Below are positions 27,510-38,957 of a stretch of DNA of 64,000 nucleotides, in pieces (position 1 is the stretch's first letter; every line of letters starts with the position of its first letter). This stretch comes from Antedon mediterranea. Its lineage: Eukaryota > Animalia > Echinodermata. The DNA lies in contig NC_092674.1 of NCBI RefSeq assembly GCF_964355755.1, forward strand, positions 8,742,001 to 8,806,000, read 5' to 3'. Under the pieces are notes generated by a model. It ran no database searches and was not told the DNA's origin. It saw only the letters and a program-made list of their open reading frames with translations. A program made the translations under genes and the position numbers.

Positions 27510-28234
27510 TATGGGATTAGGCTCTACGAACCACAACAGTCGGGAACAGGAAACTGTCTTAGCTTCCCTGGTGAATCCTTAGGCGTTTTATAGCTACCTC
27601 TGCTGGCATGAATTCTGAGTGCATGCCTGTGATAACATTATCGCTTGCAGCACTTTAGGTTTGTCTATTCATGGCCAGTTCGTAGGCTTAAGATTCACAC
27701 AGGAATGCGAAAGAAAGATGATTGAATTTGTGTTCATTGATGAAACATTAAAATAACTTTTGTATGACCTGCCCTGTTTTAGTTTTGAATTGCTAAAAAC
27801 AACAAAATAGACTGAAAAACAAGATTAAGTTCTGATTTAAAGTTAAACCGTAGACAAATTAAATCGGCTTTTGTGATCATAGTGATTTGTTTTTGCACGG
27901 TTCAAAGTTTCATGAAGTAATTTGTATTGTAAATCGGAATTACATAATAATTTTTTTTTCCATTTTTCCAGTTTAACTTTAATTTCTTAGAATTTAAAGA
28001 GAACTATACAATTTTTCACATAGGGTAAAAAATAAACAAAGGTTGATTTTTATGTTAATTTCTGAATTTTTGCATATTTTGATTTGTTCCACACAATGTG
28101 TTAATATATACATAGTCTTTTGAAGTGCAATCAATTCAAAGGTTATAAAATAAAAACAAATTTAAAAAGGTTTTAGTTTTATCTTTTAATAGTTTCATGT
28201 AAATTAATATTGTGGTATAATTTTTGTATTTTAG

Positions 28235-28453
28235 CAGAGCAACCAAGACCGTTAAATCAACCGCGAAAACGGGATGATAGAACTGATAAACAGCGTGAAA
28301 AGCTCCAGAGGAAGCTTCGTGATCGACACAACAATCCCTTTAATCCTAGCCCCCAAACGTCTCCTCGAAATTCCCATTCTTCCAGACATGATGGAAGCAA
28401 CGGGAATGGAAAACCCAGGCGGAGAAACAGTCCAAGATCTGATGAAATTGAAG
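28235..28453 (+). CDS. FNDC3: FNDC3 coding exon 3 (basic conserved motif)
   Basis: Acceptor tttgtattttag|cag (alternative start 28238). Encodes RDDRTDKQREKLQRKLRDRH. Donor G|gtaaat, phase 1/1. Confidence 0.92.
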
Positions 28454-28770
28454 GTAAATATTTTTATTTTATTACTGTGGTTTCCAAATAAAATTCACAT
28501 TTCGTTGCGAGTTTATTACGTGTACCGAATGCCAAGTTCTTATATAATTTTACCAGTACTACTAACTGTGGTCAATAGGTTGAGCTTATTGCGAGTTCAA
28601 ACTCAAAATTTGAATTTGATTTTACCCCAGTTGTGCAGAATCCGGTGGGAAGGTATTTCTATTGCTCGCCTATTCATTACATTACATTATGAGCATTTGC
28701 ATTGGTTTTAACTTTGATATACAGTATAAACACGCTTTAACTCAGTGCGTGTGAACACAGGTAATATATA

Positions 28771-28962
28771 AAGCTCTGTCTGCACTATCAAACTTTGTGA
28801 CAAAAAAAAATGTGATGTGTCCAAATATGGTAGTGATATGCCCAAATATGGTAGTGATATGTCCAAACATGGTAGTGATGTCTAAATATGGTAGTGATGA
28901 CATCATCATGCCCATATGGGCACGTCATTTGAACATAAAGTTTGATAGTGTAGATAGAGCTT
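28771..28962. mobile_element. MITE, AAGCTCTGTCTACAC family (copy 2) with an internal 21-bp repeat
   Basis: Same terminal inverted repeats as 6131-6288. Internal (ccaaatatggtagtgatatg)x4. Confidence 0.8.
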
Positions 28963-31124
28963 TACTATAGTCTGGATACTACTGTAGCATTTAATTATTC
29001 TCCCACCACTAAAATATTAAAGTATTGATATGCCTTCTCTGTGAACTTGTCATTTTTGTTTCCAAGGATTGCCACACCCATCTAGTAGTAGGACATAAAC
29101 CTTCTCAGTGGTTGACCAATATTTCATAAATTCTTAGAGATATTGTTACTTACTGTAGCTCTTGGGATTGTAAATGCCATTTTAGTTCATGTTACTGACA
29201 GTTGAATAATAGGATTTGGGTATCATTTGCCCTAAATAAATTAAATTCCTTCATATGAATGTATTTACTGTATTACTATAGTAAATTTTATTTTCTTACA
29301 TTATACTAAATTACATTTATTAGCGTATTCATTTTCAGTTTCCAAAATTATAGTATAAAAATTAAATTAAAAGAGTTATGGAAACAATGGATGTAGAGAC
29401 AAGTTTGAATGAAGTATTTAAAAAAATGGGTGGTCATTGATGAAAAAATGTTAACATTACCCAAAATGCAATGTACTTTCAAGTACAGATTCTACAGTAA
29501 TTGACTCTACAGTAGGTCTCTAGGTACTGTAACAAATGTTTCACAGGGTTATACAGATTGGGGCTACTTCATTCATATATTGTAGTTATTTAATAGGTTA
29601 CTTTTAAAAAACAGGACCTTAGAATCACAACTCTATCTGTATTGCACTTGTATGGTAAACTGTAATTTTAAGTTGAAAAACGTTACCAGTTTGTAATGAA
29701 TTAGTTGATAATATAAAGATAGTGTAGTGTACAGTACAGTAGGTGTTATTTCATACATTATACAGTACACGTTGTCACAAAGTCAAACCAGTGTGTTGGC
29801 ATTCAACATTTTTGTTAATGACGTATACTGTAACTAAGCAACAGCTGATGATAACACATGGCTTCTCAATGATAAACATTCAACTCAATTAATCAAAATA
29901 TACACAATAAATATTAGTTAAGTTTCATTAATCTTGTAAGATGTTAATTTTCTTGCCCATGATTTAAGGCATACCAAAGATTCATCCTCTAAAACTGTAC
30001 TAACTTTATAAAACTGTATTTTTCTGTATTGATATAAGTATAATCCTTTAATATAATCCCAATTTTAGACTAATTTCGCAGAGAAAAGTCTTTAAATAAT
30101 ACATTGTTATGATACAATCCAAAATCCCGGCCCCTAATTTGTTGCTTTTTTTGTATTACGGGCTCCTTGGAGAGTACTGTAGGGCTGATCATATTTGTAT
30201 TGTCAAAGTCCATTTAAAGAGTGGAAAAGTATCTTATGAAAAAATGTCCACCCTATTGAAATTGTCATTTTATATTTGTTGATTTCTAAATTGCCACTCG
30301 CCCACTCACTACTGTATAGTATTTATCATTGTATAGTTTATTGACCTGTCATGGACAAAAGTCATTCAATCCAAGTTAAAAAATATTATGCCATTGTATA
30401 ATAATTTAATAATTTATTTTTTCAAGTGTGGGAATTTTTATTTTGCATGCGTATGATAGCATGGGTGAAATGCCAAACAACGATGAAATGCAAAACATTA
30501 AAACTAAATAGACGTCTCTGCTTTATGCCAATATGACAATATGTTGGAATAATGTACAGTGTGGAGGTCATAGATACAACATATAGTACTAGCCGAAGGC
30601 TAAAGAGTGGGTTAGGCTACAGTGACGTGAGATGTTTAGAATAGCTAAATAAATTTTGTTCTCACTCAAATTTAGTATTGTTCTCAGCCCTGATGGTCTT
30701 CTGTGTAAGAACGCAAGGCTTCAAACTGGCTGATTTACCACAATCATGTTTTGAGTTTTAATTCTTAGAGAAGTGTCCACCATTTTTGGCTACTCTTCTG
30801 CTGAGCCTTGTAGCCTGTACAGTAGTCCAATTTTGTGAAACCAATCTTGTATGATCTTGCATTTATTATCATCTTACCCTTCCACCGTAAATTATAAATA
30901 TCAAACTGACATGCATAAACTATAAAAGACGATATCTATGAAAGAAATCTATCGTAACCGAGTCGGTAATTAAACTAATGCAGACACTGTTGTCACTTCA
31001 GATTGCTATCTTGATTTCTATGTCTTTATGGTGATAGAAAGCCTGATAAATGTTAAACTGCCATATGATACTGAGCATACTCTTGAGTGGTTTAAGTCCG
31101 ATTATATGATATTAAGCACATATT

Positions 31125-32302
31125 TGATATGCCAAAACACACGATTTTGTCTAATATGGCCGTCAAACATTGTTTTGTGATGCAGAAAAGAAAATTTCCC
31201 ATTCATATAAAAATTCCAGTATGTTATCCACCACTCCAAAATGATGTCTTTCTCTGGACTTTAATTTATCTACAATTCATTGTCAGATCATGATATGCCA
31301 AAACACACGATTTTGTCTAATATGGCGGTCAAACATCGTCGTGTGATGCAGAAAGTAAATTTCCCATTCATATAAAAACGCCAGTACCGTATATTTCGGT
31401 GTATAAGTCGCACTTTTGACACGCAAATTTGACCTCTAAATTAAGGGTGCGTCTTATACACCGAACATAAATGCCTCACCACACAGATTATACATAGGCC
31501 TAGGCTATCGTCACCTCGTTTGCTAGGCCTGAGTAGGCTAGGCCTAGCTACAGTAACTAACTAACGTAACGGCAACCTGCTTCTGCTTAGGCCTAGTTTT
31601 CAAGTCATTTTAGCATGATGTTATACTAAATATGATGAAAAGATTTGTTCATTATGGCGCTCCGATAAAATTTCATTTGTAAACGTTTACGTCGTACGAT
31701 TGGAATAGTATTTATTTATACAGTAGTTATACGCACGATCGCCGTACCCCAAGCGCAAGCCCTTCTTTTGGTGGCACATGGTGTACGGTATTCGACTAGT
31801 ATATTCTCCAGGTGATTATAGCATGGACCTAGCGTACACACTTCTCGGATACATAGATACTAATCGAATACGATTGTCCGTGAAAACGTGCGCCCTCTCG
31901 AAATGATCGAGCGAGGCTAGCCCACACACGTGCGTGTTACACACACGGTCATGCACTCGATGTTGCGGCGAAACTCATGAATAACAAGTTAGAAAGAACT
32001 TGTTGAGGCTGGGCGCGGCCGAGCCTAGGTAAGAAAAAACCTAAAAAAAGGACGCCGTTGTAGATATAACAAAATATATTATTACAATAATATTGATTAC
32101 AATTTAAAAAAACATTTTTTTGATGAAATATAAGGTGCGTCTTATACATCGACGATATAAAAAATACCGATATTTTACTCTCAGTTGGGGGTGCGTCTTA
32201 TACACAGGTGCGACTTATACACCGAAATATACGGTATGTTATCCACCACTCCAAAATGTCTTTCTCTGGACTTTAATTTATCTACAATTCATTGTCAGAT
32301 CA
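31125..32302. repeat. 166-bp tandem duplication, second copy split by a transposon
   Basis: 31125-31290 is repeated as 31291-31386 plus 32237-32302. Confidence 0.9.
31387..32234 (-). mobile_element. Tc2/pogo-like non-autonomous element, copy 2 (inverted relative to copy 1)
   Basis: TA|CCGTATATTTCGGTGTATAAGTCGCAC...GTGCGACTTATACACCGAAATATACGG|TA. The body is the reverse complement of 9797-10664 with small indels. Confidence 0.92.
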
Positions 32303-33645
32303 TCGTAATTAAAATAATTCCATTCTACATAAAACTGTAAAAATAAAATATCAAAAATTGTACAGTCTAGGTTGTATTCATTATCATAATCACATTGAAA
32401 GATAAAATTATTCCATTCTAGACTATGCAGAAAAATGTAGAAATAAAATATAAAGAGTTGTAAACTGTCTAGGTTTTATCAGCTTCATTAATGATGATTT
32501 TCAATTCTAAATAAACAATGTAAATAAATTAAAATATCACAATCCATGATTACAGTATGTCAGATAAATATATTAATTCTCCATCCTATTAGTAGTTCCT
32601 GTCTGCTGTTTGTCTATAATCCTGTTGATTAATTGGTTGTTTATTAATGATTAACGACTTTCATCTTTTGTATACATTTCTACCATATGGTTAAATCTGG
32701 TTGTCTGTATTGTATTGCTCCTTATGGCTGTTTTTATACTGTACATATTGTATTGAATACTTCGGTTGTTTTAGTAATTGATTACTTTACAATTTTCATT
32801 TATTTTCTGTTAATAAAATAAATGAAAATGACACCAAAACGTCATTATTCCTTTTTTATCACTTTTTTTGTTGTACCTGTATTTTGTATTTTTTTGTTAA
32901 TTTTTACAAATAGAAATGTTATTTATATAATGTGTTTTATTTATAATTACCGTACCTGTATATAGTCCCAATCCATGAGGCTTGGATATAACATTTAGAG
33001 GAAGGTCTGTATATAAAAAAAGATTTTGAATTTGATATAGCATCATATCTGACAGCATAGGATTAAACTTTTTTTTATTTATAATTATACAGTATGTTAA
33101 ATATGGCATTAAGAAATTGTATCAATCCCTGTTTAAATGACGTTTACTTCTCAATGATTTTTTGATTATCTTTATAAAAGAATGTATATAACTCTATTCA
33201 ATTTTTATATGCCTATTTTTGATTATCTTTAAAAGAATGTCTACTATTAAATTTTCATATGCCTATTTCTAGAATTCACAAATGAATTTCAATTATTTAA
33301 TATCCTCATCTAAAAATAGATCCAAATTAATAATGAAAAACAGAGAAATTGTAATACTGTCTTCTACTGTAACTTCTTATTATCTAACTGCTGTTATGGT
33401 TTTATCATGGTTTTCTGAACCGAATATTCATACTTTACTTCGTTTTTCTGGTTTCCACTAGTTAACATTTTTTTTATACCTTTTTGACTTTCAAACTTAA
33501 AGCTGATTGGTCAAAAATGTTATGAATAATTAGCATTTAAACACCTGTGCTATAGGCAAATGTGCAAGAGTCTAAACCAGTGTGATCACTCACATAATAA
33601 GCGATTTCTTTGATTTATTTAACGCCAATGAAAATAATTTTCATA

Positions 33646-33690
33646 GTTGCTAGGCAACACAAGCGGAGGATCCTACAGTTGCCTAGCAAC
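33646..33690. promoter_or_regulatory. Pair of RFX X-box-like motifs
   Basis: GTTGCTAGGCAAC (33646-33658) and GTTGCCTAGCAAC (33678-33690) fit the RFX X-box consensus. Function is not shown. Confidence 0.3.
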
Positions 33691-34683
33691 ACAAGCATAA
33701 GCAAATTATTATGGTCAGATTCACACTTAATTAGACATGATGAAAATAGCGGATGATGCTGTTCACACTACCCAAAAATTATCACTCCTTTTGCACTCAA
33801 AATCTTCTGGTCAAAAGTAATGTTCGAATGTGGTTATTAAGGGATCCGCTCAGAACTTGCATCAGGCCATTAATATATTCCTATCCACTTTATTTTTACC
33901 TTCAAATGCTTTTAAATATATTTGATAATATACAGTAACGCATTACAGTGTATGCAGTTTGATTTAAAGGTATTGTGTAACTTAAACTTAATTAAAAATA
34001 AAAATAATTGGCCATGGGTTTTGTCAATTTAATTTAATAGAAATGAAATGTATTAAATTCAACTGTTTTAAAAATCCATACATACAGTTATATATTTATA
34101 CCTAAAAGGATGGTAAATGCAAATATATTATGGCTTGATTTATATTCCATTATCATTTTTTAATATTCCGGTACTTGGCAACCCACTCAATGGAAATCTC
34201 TTTTGGTACGTATGCATTTTTAGTTTAAAAATAAATTAACTATTGTTTCTCAAAAAAAAAAATATTGTTATGAATAATCTTTGTGTGAGAGTACTTCCTT
34301 TTCCTCCTACATGTATTTTTTTTCCTTTATGGTTTAATTTCCATACTATACAGCTACAGTAGCCAATTTTAACACCCCACAAAGTCTTTGCTACGGTCAC
34401 TACACCCAATTTCAAAATGACCATTTATCTCAGGTGTTTTACAGGTACATTGTTGGTTATCTATTAAACAACAGATTACCTGGTCAGGTGTACTAATTAT
34501 ATCACATAGTTCGTTAAGTTCATTACGGTAGTTTGTATGATTACTAATTATTTTCCTGTGAAATTATTATTATATTGCTGATTTAATTTTATAAAATGTT
34601 TAATTGAATAAATCAATTATACGGGTTCTATTCGATTTTTTAGTGTAATATGAAAATTACTCCGAATTGGGGCTGACCTGCCA

Positions 34684-34770
34684 TACCTACTGTATTACTA
34701 CTTACCTACTGTATTACTACTTACCTACTGTACTATATTACTACTTACCTACTACTACTTACTTATGTAC
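34684..34770. repeat. Short 19-bp tandem repeat
   Basis: (tacctactgtattactact)n, 4-5 degenerate copies. Confidence 0.75.
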
Positions 34771-37280
34771 TGTGTTACACGATTGGTTTTCATTTTGATT
34801 TTTGGATAATTATTTATTTTCTGTAACTTTTTAATTTCAAAAGTGAAAAAATAATCAACAGATACCGTAGTCATTTTATATTTTATATTTCTCCATTTCA
34901 AAGCTAAAATAGGGAAAATAAATTATAATAGGATTTAGGTGTGGGTGGCATTTTATCATATTCTGTCAGAAATGTTATAGTTTATAGAGCCATGTCTGAT
35001 GTTGAAAGACACCAGTGGGAAAACCACCATCTATACAATAAATAATTAAATTGATGGAGGATACTAATGGAGATAGTAGCCTAGCGGAAAGAAACTATCT
35101 AATTTTGAGCCAGAAACCTTAGCTTCAATATAGATTTGTTTCATTGAATTTCTCAAGGAGTTTTCAATTTTAATGATTGAAATTCAGTCTAGGAAATCAT
35201 AAATCTGTTCTGTTTTATTTCCTGTTGGTAATTAATTAAAAGATTTCAAGAACGCTTCAAAGTTTATTATGAATAACAAATTAGATTTGTTGGAGGTATT
35301 CAGTATCTGTTGTGATGACTTTTGTAAATTTAACCATAGTATTTAACTTACAAAATTAAGTGCAATGCAATGGGCGCTTAAACTATAAAAAGAAGACTTT
35401 AAAATACTATCGCCATTTGTACAGTAAAAGCAATTGTATTGCGATTGCCATAGGATCTAACAATTGGGATTACCATGGGATCTAATCACAAATATAAATG
35501 AATTTGACCGTCATATCCTTTTAAAAAGAAAAATTCTGAATCACTTGTGTCTGTTATTTAATAAACTTTTTAAACAATTACCAATCTTTACAAACTGATC
35601 ATCATGTGCTCTACTATTATTCATGTGTGGTATTAATATTTATTAGTATAAGCCCTAACCTCTTCCGCCCGAAAAATAGGACACTTAAATATCCATCACC
35701 CGCTCATTTGTTCAAGGAAATATGTTACTATACCACCACACACGTATTGACACATTTTTAATACTATGGCAACATACATCAGTCGTCGAAATAATGCACA
35801 AGTCGACCGGCGCTTTTATGAATAGATGATACTTTAGTAAATCAAATGTCATAATTAACAAGCAATGTAACTACATTCTTTTGGTAATTAAACATGACAA
35901 ATCAACTCGTTAATTTAATTAGGGATCATACATAGATTGTCATGTGATGTTACATTACAAGTTCAAGTACAATTGAATTGTTAGATAATAATATGATCAC
36001 ACTAGATTTGAACTTAGATATCCGCCCAACAAATGCCACGTGCACGAACGTAGGAAAATGCGCACATACAAATATATAAAAATTTAATCCCTAACTCTGA
36101 CAGAGTGTTCTAGATGGCATATGATAAATAAATGCCGATTCAAAATAAGCGTACTGTAACCTCTACAAAAAAAATTGATTGAGCAAGAAAATATATGAAA
36201 GATTGGGGTTCAAATAAGATGCACGCCATCAAACTCAATTAACTACAGTAGCACAAAAGATTTAAAAAAAAAACATATTTTAAAAATTGAGTGGCTATTG
36301 ATGATGTCACAACTCTCGTCAAGCTAAAATGTTGCCTAAATTCATATACAACTCATCAGCTTCCTTAATAAGTTAAAATATAGGTGGTCACTATCTATCC
36401 TGAGGAGCTAAGCCATTTTTAAGCACACAGTTTTTAAAGTTTAACGTGCACGTGCGTCGTTATTTTGCAATTGAAGTTCATAAAATGAATTCAATCTATC
36501 ACAAAAGGTATAGATAGAACAACAATTAATTGCAAAAATGGTAATTCTACGCTTTTTACGCCTTGTGAGCAAAATGTGTGTTTCTATAGAAAACATCTTT
36601 GGAGCACTATCTTCCTTTGTACTTCAGTCCAGTCCATTTTACAGTAAAATTGAAGAATAAACGTTAATGTCATTTTAAAATATGACTCTCATATGATTTG
36701 GTCTAATTTTAATTCCAATTTGGAAGATTTCAAAGCCGCATTTTTGGGTTAATAATAATATAATTGGGTTACATTACAATTTCTGGGTATATTGTAATGA
36801 AATCAAGTTGTATTTAAACAAAGTATGTGATTTCATTTGATTTAGACATTCCTTTGCATGATTTGATTATGGTTCTAAAAATGAGTTTCTCATCTTTGCA
36901 AAAATCTTTTTCTTTAATATGAATATGGAATTTATTTAAATTGGAAGGGCTGTTCTCCACCCATTTTTAAAAAAAAATGTATAGAATTATCTTCTCAGAC
37001 TACTACAGTATGGTCCTGTTTCTGCTGTGTGCATAAATTAACCCCAATTTCTTGGAAGCAGAAATAGGACAAATTTTCACTAACCAGTTAAAAAATCTTC
37101 AGTTTGCTGAAGGTGGCAACTTGTACTAGTAGAAGAAGAAGATCTTATTGATGATGGTGGTTTAATTCTGGTGATGATAAAGGCATATTTCAGGAATATA
37201 CCATTTTTTGAGAGGGATATTCAAATCATTTTCTACTTTTCAAGTTATATCTCACTATTTGAAGTGAATAATAAGCTATT

Positions 37281-37775
37281 AGGGAGGTTTCGCAACCTGA
37301 CGAATACGATAACGAAAATGGATACGTCACACATTCTGAAACTTTTGAGCTGATCCCCATTTCATATTCGTAATGCGTTTTTGTGTTGACGAATATCACC
37401 AGTCATATTCGTAACTACAAAACGAGTATAGTTTTTGATCTATTTTGCATTTGAATCATGAATGATTCATGATTATAATATAATTATAGATTTATTGAAA
37501 GTAATTTACTAAAGTAATTTACTAAAATGCCAGGTCAATTTTGATAAATAGCAGTTTTAAAGTCCTCACTCGCGTTGATGTTACGCTAGGCCTAGGCAGC
37601 CAAGCACCAAGCAACACGTACCTGCGCTTCGCTCAATACCGCATTCATATTTTGGACGGCACCCTCAATATTTCATTGCCATGCGAAACAGATTTTTACT
37701 GGCTTACGAAAACGAATACGTGTGCGTGACGTATCCGTTTTCGTTATTTTATTCGTAAGATTGCAAAACCTTTCT
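37281..37775. mobile_element. MITE with ~50-bp terminal inverted repeats (Harbinger-like)
   Basis: AGGGAGGTTTCGCAACCTGACGAATACGATAACGAAAATGGATACGTCAC is mirrored by GTGACGTATCCGTTTTCGTTATTTTATTCGTAAGATTGCAAAACCTTTCT. Confidence 0.75.
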
Positions 37776-38777
37776 ACTAATTCAATTCAATTATTAGCTT
37801 TATTGCAATTAACAAAATATATGTGATTGAAGATGAGATTTATAATTTCAAAACCAAAACAATTCACATTTTAATTACCAGCCATAACCAAAACCAAAAT
37901 GTTCTATTGTCAATCACCTCTATAGTTGTGTAATACTTTGTATAAACCTAGTATTACTTTATTGATTGTTTTTATACACTTTTTATATTTTATAAAGTTA
38001 AAAGAATTTAAAAATGATTTAAAAATTCAAATCCTGTATTGTACTATTGGACAAGACACCTGAAATGTGTTCATATTATGATGAGTGATTGATATATCAA
38101 GGCCTATATGCTAAACCCAACCTATCCATTCAAATAAATGTCTTCATTATAAACCATTGAACATATGTTAATAGTTTTATACATTTTTAATAGGTGAAAT
38201 CGTAAGCATGTTGTGGTGTCCAATGAAAAGCTCTTATTTATAGGGAAATTAATGTAGTAGTATAGGTTATGTGAACTATAGCCTATTGATTGATATTAAT
38301 GTTGTAGACAATAATGTTGTATATGTTAATTCTGTAAAAGATATACTGTATTTAAAACACAGTATACTAACTTGACATAAGTGATGTATGAACCAGGTTT
38401 AATGTACTGTACTTAATGTGACCCTATAAACCCATCCTTTTAACAGTCTGATATTGACAGTATCTGACATTCCCACATTACTTCAGGAAAAGCTGAAATG
38501 GGGTTAAGTTCATAGAAAGGTCATTGATGCTACAGAAAATGTGCCACGGCTTGGGTGGCCACTCTAGATTCCACTGTCTACTCTAGCTATTGCTAAAGCT
38601 GGCATGGACTGTATTTAAAAGATAATTTAATATGAAACATGTAACAGTTAAAAAATGTTTTAAATTACCAAAAAATTTTACCCTGTCTATAAATGTTGAC
38701 CCAATTTAGTACTATGTTATTATAGTAATTCCTATTTTAAAGGCGACAACTTTCTGGCAAAAGAAGTGTCCCCTTAA

Positions 38778-38957
38778 AGGCCAATTTAAACAGACGAGCG
38801 GTAACGGTAAGCGGAAAAATGTGAAACTTGTCCCATGTAGAACTTGTATCTACTGTATACTCTGCGGAAACTGCCTGTCCTTTACGTGTGTAAATGAGGC
38901 ATTAGGAATAACATAGATTCTATATTTTTATTACCGCTCGTCTGTGTAAATTGGCCT
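38778..38957. mobile_element. PIF/Harbinger-like MITE (copy B), nested in an older MITE (~38723-39107)
   Basis: TAA|AGGCCAATTTAAACAGACGAGCGGTAA...TTACCGCTCGTCTGTGTAAATTGGCCT|TAA. Confidence 0.85.

Noticed and set aside
28274-28711. 145-aa ORF overlapping exon 3
   Set aside because: It is an alternative frame running into the intron. The FNDC3 motif and splice phases support the other frame.
35640-36650. Repeat-like segment resembling a Helitron/HINE body
   Set aside because: No convincing termini, hairpin or second copy could be identified.
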